DNA of 64,000 nucleotides from Minisyncoccota bacterium (GTDB lineage Bacteria; Patescibacteriota; Minisyncoccia; Phycocordibacterales; DAORIS01): NCBI GenBank assembly GCA_035438625.1, contig DAORIS010000004.1, positions 7,497 to 71,496 of the forward strand, read 5' to 3'. Shown piece by piece: positions 8,958 to 17,952 of this stretch (position 1 is its first letter; each line of letters starts with the position of its first letter). The notes under the pieces were generated by a model. It saw only the letters and a program-made list of their open reading frames with translations, ran no database searches and was not told where the DNA came from. The position numbers and the translations under genes were made by a program.

Positions 8958-10889
8958 CTAAGATGCGTTTGCAATAAGTAGATATACTGTATCGCTTCGG
9001 AAATCTTCATCAAGACCTGCTGTGAACTGTGTGTCAGCTGTTGCAGCTGATACGGCGTTGTAGTTCAAACCAGTAAGTTGAACACCAAGAGTTCGTGCGC
9101 CTGTGAATCCAGTGTTATCAAGGATAACATCGAGTTCAAGAACAGCACTATTTCCTTGTGTAATTCGGTAGTAGTTTCCTGTTTCAGAACCACCACTTAC
9201 ACGTCGTAGGATGTTGTTTCCTGTTGTTGTTGTTGCAGTAACAGTTGCTCCGCTACCATCAACTACAATGAATTCTGCACCCTGACCAGATCCTACAGTT
9301 GTTGAAGTTGTAGCACCCTTTGGAATGTAGATATCAGACTCTTCAGGAGCTGTAACTGTGAATCGTACATATACACGTCCCTTTGTCTCGTCATCTGCAA
9401 GAGACTCGTCAGCACTTGGCTGATTATCTGCTGCTTCGACTGTAAGAGCGTCTACGCTAAATGTAACGTTTCCACCGTTTGTTGTAGATGTTTCTGTCTG
9501 GTCATCGTCGTTTTCGTCAACGAAGTCGATAGAAATACCGTCAACATATACTCCAGCACCGTTAGTGAAGTTTCCGTCTTGTGAATCAACATCAACTGTA
9601 ACGATAAGATCAACTTCTTCGTCTTCCGCGATTGTTACATCGAGGTCATCGAATGTGATTGATTCTAGGCCGTCATCGTCGCTTACTGATTCGCTTCCAA
9701 CGTCTTCACCGTCGATCCAGAGAGTAGCTCGGATAAGGAAGTCAGAAAGACCGTTGACTGTTCCAGTAGTAGTTGAAAGATCAACTGTTACTTCTTCAAT
9801 CATATTGTCTCCTGCCTCTGATTCAAGCTGGGCAACGTAAATCTGCACTTCTGTAGTGTCATCATCTTCGCTAACTTCCATCTGTTCATCTTCGTTTTCC
9901 TCATCATCTACTGTGACTGAGAAGTCTCCTTCTTCAGCAGTTTCAAGAGTGAATGTTCGTTCATCGCTAGCTCCTGCAAGGTCTGCAGAATCTCCTTCAT
10001 AAACGTCGATACCGTCAGCATTCATTGCTCGGATACCGTCCTCATCGAGGAATACATCCCATTCTAGATCAACTTCATCATCGTCAAGATCATCTTGTGC
10101 GACAACTGCGATAGAGAATGTTCCTGTTTCGTCTTCTCGGACAACTTCATCAAGGTCTTCGAATCGGAGCTTGTACTCGTCATCTTCTTCTTCTGACCAT
10201 GAATCTTCGTCAGATGCGTCGATAGTTGCAACTTCTTCACCATCGTTCAAAAGCTTAACTTCATCAAGAACTCTCCATGGGCGAGTGTTGCTTGCGGCCT
10301 CTGTGAAGAGAACGTCAACACGCTCGATCATAAGATCTGAATCGTCAGCGTCGAACTCGAAGGCAAGAACTTCAACTTCTTCTCCTTCTTCTACATCCTC
10401 ATCATTTGGGTTTCCAAGGACATCGAAATCAGAGAAATCACCATCTCCACCTGCAAGAGGACCACCATTTCCTGGTGTTGATGTTCCTGTTCCCATCAAG
10501 CAAACCTTAACTCCGTTGAATGTTCCTGAAACGAAACCAGCTGGGCAAGGATTAGTTGCGCCTGTTCCGCCCACGTTCATTGAGTTAACTGCTGCTCGTG
10601 TAACTGGACCAAAGTATCCTGCAGCTGGGCTGATGCCGTTAGCTGATTGAAACTTTGCAAGAGCTGATTGTGTCAAAGAGCCAAAATAGCCCTTTGTTGT
10701 GCCAGCAGGGATAACGAGGTGTCCTTTGCTTTCTAGGAAAGACTGGAGGGCAACAACGTCAGCACCTGTGCTTCCGATTGTTAGATCGGATGTGAAAGTA
10801 TACGCAGCTGTTTGAGCGCTAACAGTCGAAGCGACTGCGAACACTGCAACTAGAGCTACGATACCTGCGAAAAATTTTCGTGTACTCAT
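8958..10889 (-). CDS. Secreted, extremely acidic (Asp/Glu-rich) protein with an N-terminal peptidoglycan-binding domain.
   Basis: - Signal peptide (FAGIVALVAVFAVASTVSA).
- PG_binding_1-like segment (GSTGADVVALQSFLESKGHL...GYFGSLTQSALAKFQSANGI...GYFGPVTRAAV).
- Then about 450 aa in which D plus E exceed 30% (runs such as DDDEVDLEWDVFLDEDG). Confidence 0.6.
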   Translation of the reverse strand: MSTRKFFAGIVALVAVFAVASTVSAQTAAYTFTSDLTIGSTGADVVALQSFLESKGHLVIPAGTTKGYFGSLTQSALAKFQSANGISPAAGYFGPVTRAAVNSMNVGGTGATNPCPAGFVSGTFNGVKVCLMGTGTSTPGNGGPLAGGDGDFSDFDVLGNPNDEDVEEGEEVEVLAFEFDADDSDLMIERVDVLFTEAASNTRPWRVLDEVKLLNDGEEVATIDASDEDSWSEEEDDEYKLRFEDLDEVVREDETGTFSIAVVAQDDLDDDEVDLEWDVFLDEDGIRAMNADGIDVYEGDSADLAGASDERTFTLETAEEGDFSVTVDDEENEDEQMEVSEDDDTTEVQIYVAQLESEAGDNMIEEVTVDLSTTTGTVNGLSDFLIRATLWIDGEDVGSESVSDDDGLESITFDDLDVTIAEDEEVDLIVTVDVDSQDGNFTNGAGVYVDGISIDFVDENDDDQTETSTTNGGNVTFSVDALTVEAADNQPSADESLADDETKGRVYVRFTVTAPEESDIYIPKGATTSTTVGSGQGAEFIVVDGSGATVTATTTTGNNILRRVSGGSETGNYYRITQGNSAVLELDVILDNTGFTGARTLGVQLTGLNYNAVSAATADTQFTAGLDEDFRSDTVYLLIANAS

Positions 10890-11489
10890 AATATTAATTA
10901 ATTTTAAGAACTGACATCCTTCGCTTTAAGTTTTAAATTAATTGAAGGAATAACAGTAATTGCGACCCGTTCTATCCTCTCTGTTTTCACTTCGACAAGC
11001 TACTACAGTTCGGTTTTGTGTCTGCGCTTTCGAGAACTTGTCGCATGCAACAATAAAAGTGCGAGACATTGACTATCCTCTACCGTATGCACTTTCGTGC
11101 ACCGACACGGCATGATGAGGAATAGCATCAGTGGGAATTGGTAAATTCAGTAATTCAGACATGGTGGGACATAGCATCAATTTCAGAAACCTCTAATCTT
11201 TAGAGTCGAAGAGGAACGACTTACTTAGGAATCGGGATATTCAATTGTCAACGAGCAATAGCCCATTATAACGACACTTTGTGTTTGTCGCTATGACGGG
11301 TAATCCCTTCCCTGTGGATATGTATATGGCTTACGCCACATATATACCCACCCGGGAGAAGTTCACCCTCTCATAACCACCCCAAAAGTCAATCCTTACA
11401 TTTCAAACGGTCTATAACTTGTGACGCCTTTATAGACTCTTTCTTACAACGCAAATTAGTGTTGTAGTGTTGGTTCGTCACCCCATCAG

Positions 11490-11525
11490 ATCCGTATACA
11501 TACTATATATAGTATGTATACGGAT
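11490..11525. repeat. 36-bp perfect palindrome (atccgtatacatactata|tatagtatgtatacggat).
   Basis: - Read directly from the sequence: the two 18-nt halves are exact reverse complements.
- It sits 5 nt downstream of the stop of the minus-strand regulator gene 11531..12250, at the end of a 640-nt non-coding region. Confidence 0.9.
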
Positions 11526-11530
11526 ACGGG

Positions 11531-12250
11531 TTACTCTGGAATAGAGTACGCACTCCACCTTCTGTCACCGACTCTCTTAATAGTTCCCTCGAGGATCATG
11601 GCGTTTAACTCTCTCTGTACAGTCTTTTGACTGAACTCAGGTAGGGCCCGTGCGATGTCGGCAATAGATGATTGCCCTTTGTTTTTAAGGAAATCCACAA
11701 TCTTTTCCTTACGATTTTTGCTGATGTCCTTTATGTCTCTTATGTCCTTTATGACTTGTTTAGGAGAATTTGAAGTCGACTGAACTGATCCAACGTGTTG
11801 CACTGATTGTTGCGGGATAGTCATTGAAGAACCGAAAAACGCTTGGCCAATAGTTGCATCAGATGGCGAGAGAAGTGACTGTATTTCCAGGAGGATTTTT
11901 GAGCTCTCGGAAATGAACACATCAGCATTCATTGATGAGATCATCTTCGCTTCTTTTCCAAGTGAGACGAGATGAAACAATCCTTGGATTCGATGTTCCA
12001 AATCTTGGTACAGTGAGTGTCCGTGGAAAAATAATTTAAGGTTTTTTGCACTTTCAGGATCGAAGGCTTTTCTAACAGCGGCCAAATATGAGAGGCTTCC
12101 TTCATGAATTTCTCTACGAAGGATTTCTTTGTCCTTTAAAACTGAAGCAATCAAAAACGCCGCTTCACCTATCTTATTAAGCCTTTTTTGGATGTACGAG
12201 AGTTGCACAGATTCTCCCGAAATAACAGTGTCTTTTATATCAGAATTCAT
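11531..12250 (-). CDS. Putative transcriptional regulator with a C-terminal winged-helix DNA-binding domain.
   Basis: - 239 aa.
- The C-terminus (KEKIVDFLKNKGQSSIADIARALPEFSQKTVQRELNAMILEGTIKRVGDRRWSAYSI) has the typical wHTH layout (helix-turn-helix followed by a beta-hairpin wing).
- The N-terminal part is unassigned. Confidence 0.5.
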   Translation of the reverse strand: MNSDIKDTVISGESVQLSYIQKRLNKIGEAAFLIASVLKDKEILRREIHEGSLSYLAAVRKAFDPESAKNLKLFFHGHSLYQDLEHRIQGLFHLVSLGKEAKMISSMNADVFISESSKILLEIQSLLSPSDATIGQAFFGSSMTIPQQSVQHVGSVQSTSNSPKQVIKDIRDIKDISKNRKEKIVDFLKNKGQSSIADIARALPEFSQKTVQRELNAMILEGTIKRVGDRRWSAYSIPE

Positions 12251-12397
12251 GACTTTTATATGTCCTTAATGCAGTTTTTTTAGATGTCTTTTACAAATGA
12301 GTATTGGAGACAACGTAAGTATATAGCTGTCCTTTATAGTGTCAATCAAAAAAGACCGAATATGCTTGATTTCCTGATATGATTATTGTCATAGAAT

Positions 12398-14602
12398 ATG
12401 GCCAAAAAATCAGACAAACAGCGAAAAGAAACCGAGAGTATAAAATCAACAATAGGTGACTCAACATTAACGGTTATCTACGGGATAGTGTGTATTGTTT
12501 TGTCACTCTTTTTAATACTCGCATACGCACAAGTTGGGGGAACACTTGGCACATGGGTTATGGACCTTGGTCTCATGTTATTCGGATCAGCAGGGTACTT
12601 AATCCTGCCGCTTTCCTTCTTCATGTTGGGTGTTGCATTTCTCAAGCGAATCAAACAAGCATACTCATATATACAGATCATTGGCATCCTCATATTCCTT
12701 GGCTCCTCGCTTGGACTGATTGATGTGTTCTCACCAAAAGCCGGTGGATTAATTGGAGTTGGAATTGGTAGCACTCTAATTAAATTAGTCGATATTTACG
12801 CTACAGTTATTTTCCTTTTGGCTGGTGTAGCGATTTCACTTCTTTTGGTATTTGAAGGTGGTATCCCATTCCCACGACTTTTCTTTAGAAAGAAAGAAGA
12901 GGGTGAGACCGGTGAAGATGACGTAAAAATTGCTGTGCCAATTACGCCAATTAAAGTGGAGCCAGTTGTGGCACAAAATGTAGAAAAAGACGTAAATCCA
13001 AAACTCAAGACGGAACAAAAACCTATAAGAAGTTCTGACGAGATTCCACTTACAAGATTTCTTGGAACTGGAAAGCCGTACATCCCTCCTCCACTATCAT
13101 TACTCCAATCTGACAAAGGAAAGCCAGAGGTAGGAGACATTAAGGCAAATGCCAACATCATTAAACGGACCCTACAGAACTTCGGCATCACGGTTGAAAT
13201 GGATGAAGTATCGATTGGACCATCAGTCACTCGATATGCACTAAAGCCCGCTGAAGGAGTTAAACTTGCACGCATTGTTGCACTCCAAAACGATCTCTCG
13301 CTTGCTCTTGCTGCTCACCCACTTCGTATCGAAGCTCCAATTCCTGGAAAGTCACTTGTAGGTATCGAAATACCAAACCGAGTTAAGACAACAGTTGGTT
13401 CCGGAACACTCCTCGCTGACGATGAGTTCCGTACTTCTGACAAGCCACTCTTGGTTTCACTTGGTCGTGGTATTTCAGGGAAAGCACAATTTGCAAACCT
13501 TGCTAAGGCTCCCCATCTCTTGATTGCTGGTGCTACCGGATCAGGAAAGTCTGTAACTATTCACGCCCTCCTTACCTCTCTTCTATATAGAAACGGACCA
13601 GAGCAGATGAAAATGATCCTTATCGACCCAAAGCGTGTTGAGTTAACTCTCTACAACAACATCCCTCACCTTCTCACTCCTGTAATCACGGACCCAAAGC
13701 GCGCAATCATGGCACTTAAATGGGCAGCAAAGGAAATGGATAGGCGATACAACATCCTTGAAGAAAACAAAGTTAGAGATATTGATTCATACCACAAAAA
13801 CATCCTGGTACCTGAACTTGATCGCCGAAAGCGTTCAGGGGCAAAGGAAGATGAAGAACCTGTCGAGACAATGCCGTACATCATCTTCGTTATCGATGAG
13901 TTGGCAGACATCATGCAGACATATCCTCGAGAGCTTGAGGCTGGAATCGTACGACTTGCTCAAATGAGCCGTGCTGTTGGAATTCACTTAATGCTTTCAA
14001 CACAACGACCATCGGTAAACGTCATTACCGGTCTCATTAAGGCAAACGTACCATCTCGTATTGCCCTCCAAGTAGCATCACAGATCGACTCCCGTACTAT
14101 TCTTGACCAAGCAGGCGCTGAAAAACTTCTTGGCGCTGGAGACATGCTCTTCATGTCTGGAGAAATGTCTAAACCAATGCGTATCCAATCAGCATATATC
14201 TCTGAGACTGAGGTAAAAAAGATTGTGCAGTACTTGGTTGAAAACTATGAGGGTCAGGGTGGCCTACCAGTAGATATGTCACCTGAAGCAATCATGGATA
14301 AGGACGCAATATTTGAATCTAGCTTTGAAGATGACCAGCAAGAAGACGAGTTATACCAAGAAGCACGACGTATTGTTATCGCTTCACAACAAGCATCAGT
14401 GTCTGCTCTACAGCGAAGATTAAGCATTGGATTCTCTCGTGCTGGAAAGCTCATAGACATGCTTGAGCGAAAAGGTGTTGTTGGACCAGGAAGAGGATCA
14501 AAGCCTCGTGAGGTACTTGTTAAAGCTGATGGAATTACAGCAGCAGATGCCCCACCAGGTGAAGAAGAGAGCGACACGGACTCCGATGAGGGACATAATT
14601 AA
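12398..14602 (+). CDS. ftsK: DNA translocase FtsK/SpoIIIE.
   Basis: - 734 aa with four or five N-terminal transmembrane helices and a linker.
- Motor domain with Walker A (GATGSGKSVTIHALLTSLL) and Walker B (IIFVIDELADIM).
- C-terminal gamma/wHTH (ASVSALQRRLSIGFSRAGKLIDMLERKGVVGP). Confidence 0.93.
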   Translation: MAKKSDKQRKETESIKSTIGDSTLTVIYGIVCIVLSLFLILAYAQVGGTLGTWVMDLGLMLFGSAGYLILPLSFFMLGVAFLKRIKQAYSYIQIIGILIFLGSSLGLIDVFSPKAGGLIGVGIGSTLIKLVDIYATVIFLLAGVAISLLLVFEGGIPFPRLFFRKKEEGETGEDDVKIAVPITPIKVEPVVAQNVEKDVNPKLKTEQKPIRSSDEIPLTRFLGTGKPYIPPPLSLLQSDKGKPEVGDIKANANIIKRTLQNFGITVEMDEVSIGPSVTRYALKPAEGVKLARIVALQNDLSLALAAHPLRIEAPIPGKSLVGIEIPNRVKTTVGSGTLLADDEFRTSDKPLLVSLGRGISGKAQFANLAKAPHLLIAGATGSGKSVTIHALLTSLLYRNGPEQMKMILIDPKRVELTLYNNIPHLLTPVITDPKRAIMALKWAAKEMDRRYNILEENKVRDIDSYHKNILVPELDRRKRSGAKEDEEPVETMPYIIFVIDELADIMQTYPRELEAGIVRLAQMSRAVGIHLMLSTQRPSVNVITGLIKANVPSRIALQVASQIDSRTILDQAGAEKLLGAGDMLFMSGEMSKPMRIQSAYISETEVKKIVQYLVENYEGQGGLPVDMSPEAIMDKDAIFESSFEDDQQEDELYQEARRIVIASQQASVSALQRRLSIGFSRAGKLIDMLERKGVVGPGRGSKPREVLVKADGITAADAPPGEEESDTDSDEGHN

Positions 14603-14930
14603 AAACACAGTTATATTTTTGGGCGTCTTAGGCTTTGTGTTTTTGACCGCCTTTGAGCTACGTAAAGTTATCGAGGGACCGATACTTACCGTCGACTCTC
14701 CTTTTGATGGGATGGTTGTTTCGACCTCATCAATTGTCATTTCTGGAACAGCAAAAAATATCGCCTTTATATACTTAAATGGTAGACAGATATTTATAGA
14801 CGAAAACGGTCATTTTGATGAACGAATAGGCCTTTTTGAGGGTTACAATGTGGTAGAATTGGAAGCTAAAGATCGATTTAGTAGCGGTAAAACTCAGCAG
14901 TACCGTGTAATTTTCATAAAGCCTTCATAG
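14586..14930 (+). CDS. Small membrane-anchored hypothetical protein; internal start of the 14463..14930 ORF.
   Basis: - The ORF overlaps the ftsK 3' end.
- Met42 (MRDIIKNTVIFLGVLGFVFLTAF...) gives a 114-aa protein with one transmembrane helix and a 17-nt overlap with ftsK, consistent with translational coupling. Confidence 0.45.
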   Translation: MRDIIKNTVIFLGVLGFVFLTAFELRKVIEGPILTVDSPFDGMVVSTSSIVISGTAKNIAFIYLNGRQIFIDENGHFDERIGLFEGYNVVELEAKDRFSSGKTQQYRVIFIKPS

Positions 14931-14972
14931 GTCTTTATTAGGTATACATACTGCTTATAACACAATCACCAT

Positions 14973-16028
14973 ATGGCAAAAAAACAAAAACAACCGAAGA
15001 CTGACGGAGCAAATATTCAAGACACACTGAGGGAGATTAAGGCAAAGTTCGGTGAGGAATCGATCATGACACTTGGTGAACGTCCTGCGGTTAACATCGA
15101 CGTCATCCCTACAGGATCAATTGGACTTGATGCAGCACTTGGAGTCGGAGGACTTCCCCGCGGAAGAATTATTGAAATCTTTGGTCCAGAATCTTCAGGT
15201 AAGACAACTCTTGCATTACACGTTGTTGCAGAAGCACAAAAGAAAGGTGGGCTCTGTGCATATATTGATGCCGAACACGCAATGGATCCTGAGTACTCAA
15301 AGAAGCTTGGTGTAAAGACATCCGAGCTTCTCATTTCTCAACCAGATACTGGAGAACAGGCTCTTGAAATCTGTGAGAGTCTCGTAAGAACCGGTAAGGT
15401 TGATGTGGTAGTTATCGACTCAGTTGCTGCTCTTACACCAAAAGATGAAATCGAAGGTGAAATGGGAGCGCAACACATGGGTAAACAAGCTCGCTTGATG
15501 TCACAGGCACTACGAAAGCTCACAAGTATTGTTGCCCGCTCTAAAACTATTGTTATCTTCATTAACCAGATTCGAATGCAGATTGGTGTGATGTTTGGTA
15601 ACCCTGAAACAACACCAGGTGGAAAAGCGCTTCGTTTCTACACTTCAGTACGTATTGATATTCGAAGAATTGCCCAAATTAAGAAAGGAGAAGAAGTTGT
15701 GGGAGGACGCGTACGTGTAAAGGTTGTGAAAAACAAAGTTGCTGCACCATTTAAGCAAAGTGAGTTTGACCTCATCTACAACGAAGGTATTTCACAAGAA
15801 GGAGAAATGATCGCACTCGGTGAAAAACTTGGCATCATCAGCAAGTCAGGCGTTTCGTACTCATATGGAGAAGAAAAGCTTGGTCGCGGATACGACGCTA
15901 CTCGTCAGTTTCTCAAACAAAATGCAACTATAAAAGAAACTATTCTTGCAGAAATTCGAGAACGCCTTGCAAAGGGAGATCCTGCACTTGAAGGCGCACC
16001 CGAGTCTTCATCTTCATCGGAGGAATAA
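14973..16028 (+). CDS. recA: Recombinase RecA.
   Basis: - 351 aa; [36 protein letters not shown] (Walker A) and the conserved core are present throughout. Confidence 0.97.
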   Translation: MAKKQKQPKTDGANIQDTLREIKAKFGEESIMTLGERPAVNIDVIPTGSIGLDAALGVGGLPRGRIIEIFGPESSGKTTLALHVVAEAQKKGGLCAYIDAEHAMDPEYSKKLGVKTSELLISQPDTGEQALEICESLVRTGKVDVVVIDSVAALTPKDEIEGEMGAQHMGKQARLMSQALRKLTSIVARSKTIVIFINQIRMQIGVMFGNPETTPGGKALRFYTSVRIDIRRIAQIKKGEEVVGGRVRVKVVKNKVAAPFKQSEFDLIYNEGISQEGEMIALGEKLGIISKSGVSYSYGEEKLGRGYDATRQFLKQNATIKETILAEIRERLAKGDPALEGAPESSSSSEE

Positions 16029-16068
16029 ACTTGTGCTAAGTAGTTTCTTGGCATAGAATCATCCGACC

Positions 16069-16641
16069 ATGCTTGAATATAATGAAATAACATTACGTAA
16101 GTACATACTAGTAGATGGCGAGCCTTTTGAAGTGCTCGACTCTCATGTATTTCGTAAGCAACAGCGAAAACCTGTAAACCAGACTAAGCTCAAGAGTCTT
16201 CTTACTGGTCGCATTATGGAGCGATCATTCCATCAATCAGAAAAGGCTGACGAAGCTGAAATTGAGAAGAAGCAAATCAAGTACATGTACACAAACCGTG
16301 GAGAGTATTGGTTTTGTGAAATCGATGATCCTGCTAAGCGATTCAAGCTTGAAGCAACAATGATCGGTTCTGGTGTTGCATATCTAAAGCCCAACTCTGA
16401 AGTTGAAGCACTTATATTCGACGAGAAAGTCATTGGCGTACAACTTCCAATTAAAGTCGACCTTAAAGTAACTGAAGCTCCTCCAGCTGTTAAAGGTGAC
16501 ACAGCCAAGGGCGGAAACAAGCTCATTACGCTTGAAACTGGTGCTCAGATCAACGCACCGCTATTCGTTAACCCAGGTGATATCGTTCGAATCAATACTG
16601 AAACTGGCGAATACGCAGAGCGTGTAGGAGGAAAGTTCTAG
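16069..16641 (+). CDS. efp: Translation elongation factor P.
   Basis: - 190 aa with the EF-P N-terminal KOW-like domain (KYILVDGEPFEVLDSHVFRKQQRKPVNQTKLKSLLTG) and OB domains. Confidence 0.88.
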   Translation: MLEYNEITLRKYILVDGEPFEVLDSHVFRKQQRKPVNQTKLKSLLTGRIMERSFHQSEKADEAEIEKKQIKYMYTNRGEYWFCEIDDPAKRFKLEATMIGSGVAYLKPNSEVEALIFDEKVIGVQLPIKVDLKVTEAPPAVKGDTAKGGNKLITLETGAQINAPLFVNPGDIVRINTETGEYAERVGGKF

Positions 16642-16652
16642 ACACTATCACT

Positions 16653-16701
16653 ATATAGATAAATAAAAACCCCGCATAAAGCGGGGTTTTTATTTATCTA
16701 T
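16653..16701. terminator. Bidirectional rho-independent terminator: a 22-bp perfect inverted repeat with a 5-nt loop.
   Basis: - tatagataaataaaaaccccgc-ataaa-gcggggtttttatttatctata, with a GC-rich stem top and U-runs on both strands.
- It lies between the convergent efp (+) and rpsR (-) genes. Confidence 0.8.
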
Positions 16702-16711
16702 ATAACAGAGA

Positions 16712-16942
16712 TTAACGAGCTACGTATGGAATAAGACCCATGAAACGAGCTTGCTTGATCGAATTAGTGATCATGCGCTGTTGCTTGGCAGTAATACCTG
16801 AGCGCTTCTTAGAAATAATACGTGAGTGCGGATTTGTGAACTTCTTAAGAAGGTCGACGTTCTTATAGTCGATGTGCTGGTCTTGTAGATTTGGCTTTGA
16901 TGTCTTTTGCATATTTTTTATATCAGAATTGGATACTACCAT
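16712..16942 (-). CDS. rpsR: 30S ribosomal protein S18.
   Basis: - The segment IDYKNVDLLKKF...ITAKQQRMITNSIKQARFMGLIPY matches the S18 signature.
- It sits in the rpsF-ssb-rpsR operon order. Confidence 0.85.
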   Translation of the reverse strand: MVVSNSDIKNMQKTSKPNLQDQHIDYKNVDLLKKFTNPHSRIISKKRSGITAKQQRMITNSIKQARFMGLIPYVAR

Positions 16943-16944
16943 AG

Positions 16945-17400
16945 CTAAAATGGAATGTCATCTGGGTTAATGTCTTCTTCAGGATATTCGATGGTATCAA
17001 TAGGTTTGCTTGGTGAACCAGCATTTTCAGGCTCTGAAGGCCCTCTAGAACCCGCTCCAGCAGACGATCCTTCACGTCGTGGGCCAAACTGTACCCTGTC
17101 AGCCACAATCTCAGTCCTGTACTTTTTAGAGCCGTCAGCAGCATCCCAGCTTCGTGTCTGTATTCGTCCTTCAACCATTAAACTTGAGCCCTTTTTAAGG
17201 TATTTCTCAACGATCTCAGCCTGAGCTCCAAACACTACTACGTTATGATAATCAGCACTTTCCTGCTTTACACCATTTTTATCTTTCCACACACGGTTTG
17301 TGGCGATTGAAATAGATGCCACCTTACCTCCTGAAGGCAATGAGCGTAATTCAGGATCACGGGTAAGGTTTCCAATAAGAAACGCTTTGTTTAAATACAT
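16945..17400 (-). CDS. ssb: Single-stranded DNA-binding protein.
   Basis: - OB-fold N-terminus (KAFLIGNLTRDPELR...).
- Gly/Pro-rich linker and an acidic C-terminal tail ending DDIPF. Confidence 0.9.
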   Translation of the reverse strand: MYLNKAFLIGNLTRDPELRSLPSGGKVASISIATNRVWKDKNGVKQESADYHNVVVFGAQAEIVEKYLKKGSSLMVEGRIQTRSWDAADGSKKYRTEIVADRVQFGPRREGSSAGAGSRGPSEPENAGSPSKPIDTIEYPEEDINPDDIPF

Positions 17401-17404
17401 GTCT

Positions 17405-17896
17405 TTATTCTACGACTAAATTGTCGATTTTTCTATCTAGGTCCTCTGCAACTTCAGGTGCCTTTTCAGCATCCTTAGGTTTTGCAGCATCTTCTACAGC
17501 TGCAGCTTCATCTGCTGCCTGAGTTTCAATGTCTTGTGGAGTCAAGAAAACAGTCTCTCTGTCCTTTCGGATAAACAAGAAACGAAGAAGGTCTTCAATC
17601 TTTTCGAGGTCATTCTTAAATCCAGCAGCCTTGTCAGATGAGAGCTTGAACACGATCCAGCCGAAATATGCAGCCTTATACTTGTTCTTTTTTCCTACTG
17701 CTGCCTTAGCCATTTCATAAGCTAGCTGGCGCATTGTTGGAGCTGATTCTGATGTTATTTCTCCACCTTGTGCAGTGATAGCTGCCTTAATTGAGTCGAT
17801 AACAGTCGTAACCTGATCCTGAGATAGGGTTGGGATTATAAGAAAGCCGACCTCATAATTAAAGATTTTGTCGGATGTCTCGGCGTTATTTGTCAT
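17405..17896 (-). CDS. rpsF: 30S ribosomal protein S6.
   Basis: - S6 pattern (YEVGFLIIPTLSQDQ...MRQLAYEMAK...AAYFGWIVFKLSS) with an acidic C-terminal tail.
- The ORF extends to 17947 with a hydrophobic N-terminal extension (MAHKGLILALGCGTLAA); the start at M18 (17896) is more likely. Confidence 0.8.
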   Translation of the reverse strand: MTNNAETSDKIFNYEVGFLIIPTLSQDQVTTVIDSIKAAITAQGGEITSESAPTMRQLAYEMAKAAVGKKNKYKAAYFGWIVFKLSSDKAAGFKNDLEKIEDLLRFLFIRKDRETVFLTPQDIETQAADEAAAVEDAAKPKDAEKAPEVAEDLDRKIDNLVVE

Positions 17897-17952
17897 AGCG
17901 GCTAGCGTACCACAGCCTAGAGCTAGAATCAAGCCTTTGTGGGCCAATATAC

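Noticed and set aside
9565-10650. Antisense ORFs (9565..9840, 10171..10650) inside the acidic secreted protein gene, and similar antisense or alternative-frame ORFs within ileS, argS, ftsK, recA, the anti-sigma gene and the pilin and giant-protein genes.
   Set aside because: - Each overlaps a longer ORF with a recognisable domain structure.
- Serine-rich translations reflect the reverse complement of GAx/GAy-rich codons.
11297-11352. DnaA-box-like tgtggatat and imperfect inverted repeats, considered as a possible oriC.
   Set aside because: - There is only a single 8/9 match to the DnaA box and no dnaA/dnaN nearby, no AT-rich DUE and no cluster of boxes.
14463-14585. Upstream part of the 14463..14930 ORF overlapping ftsK.
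   Set aside because: - It overlaps the well-conserved FtsK gamma domain in another frame; an internal Met at 14586 gives a sensible small membrane protein.
17897-17947. N-terminal lipoprotein-like extension of rpsF (MAHKGLILALGCGTLAA).
   Set aside because: - Ribosomal protein S6 is cytoplasmic.
- The extension most likely arises from choosing the most upstream ATG; M18 gives a canonical S6 N-terminus.
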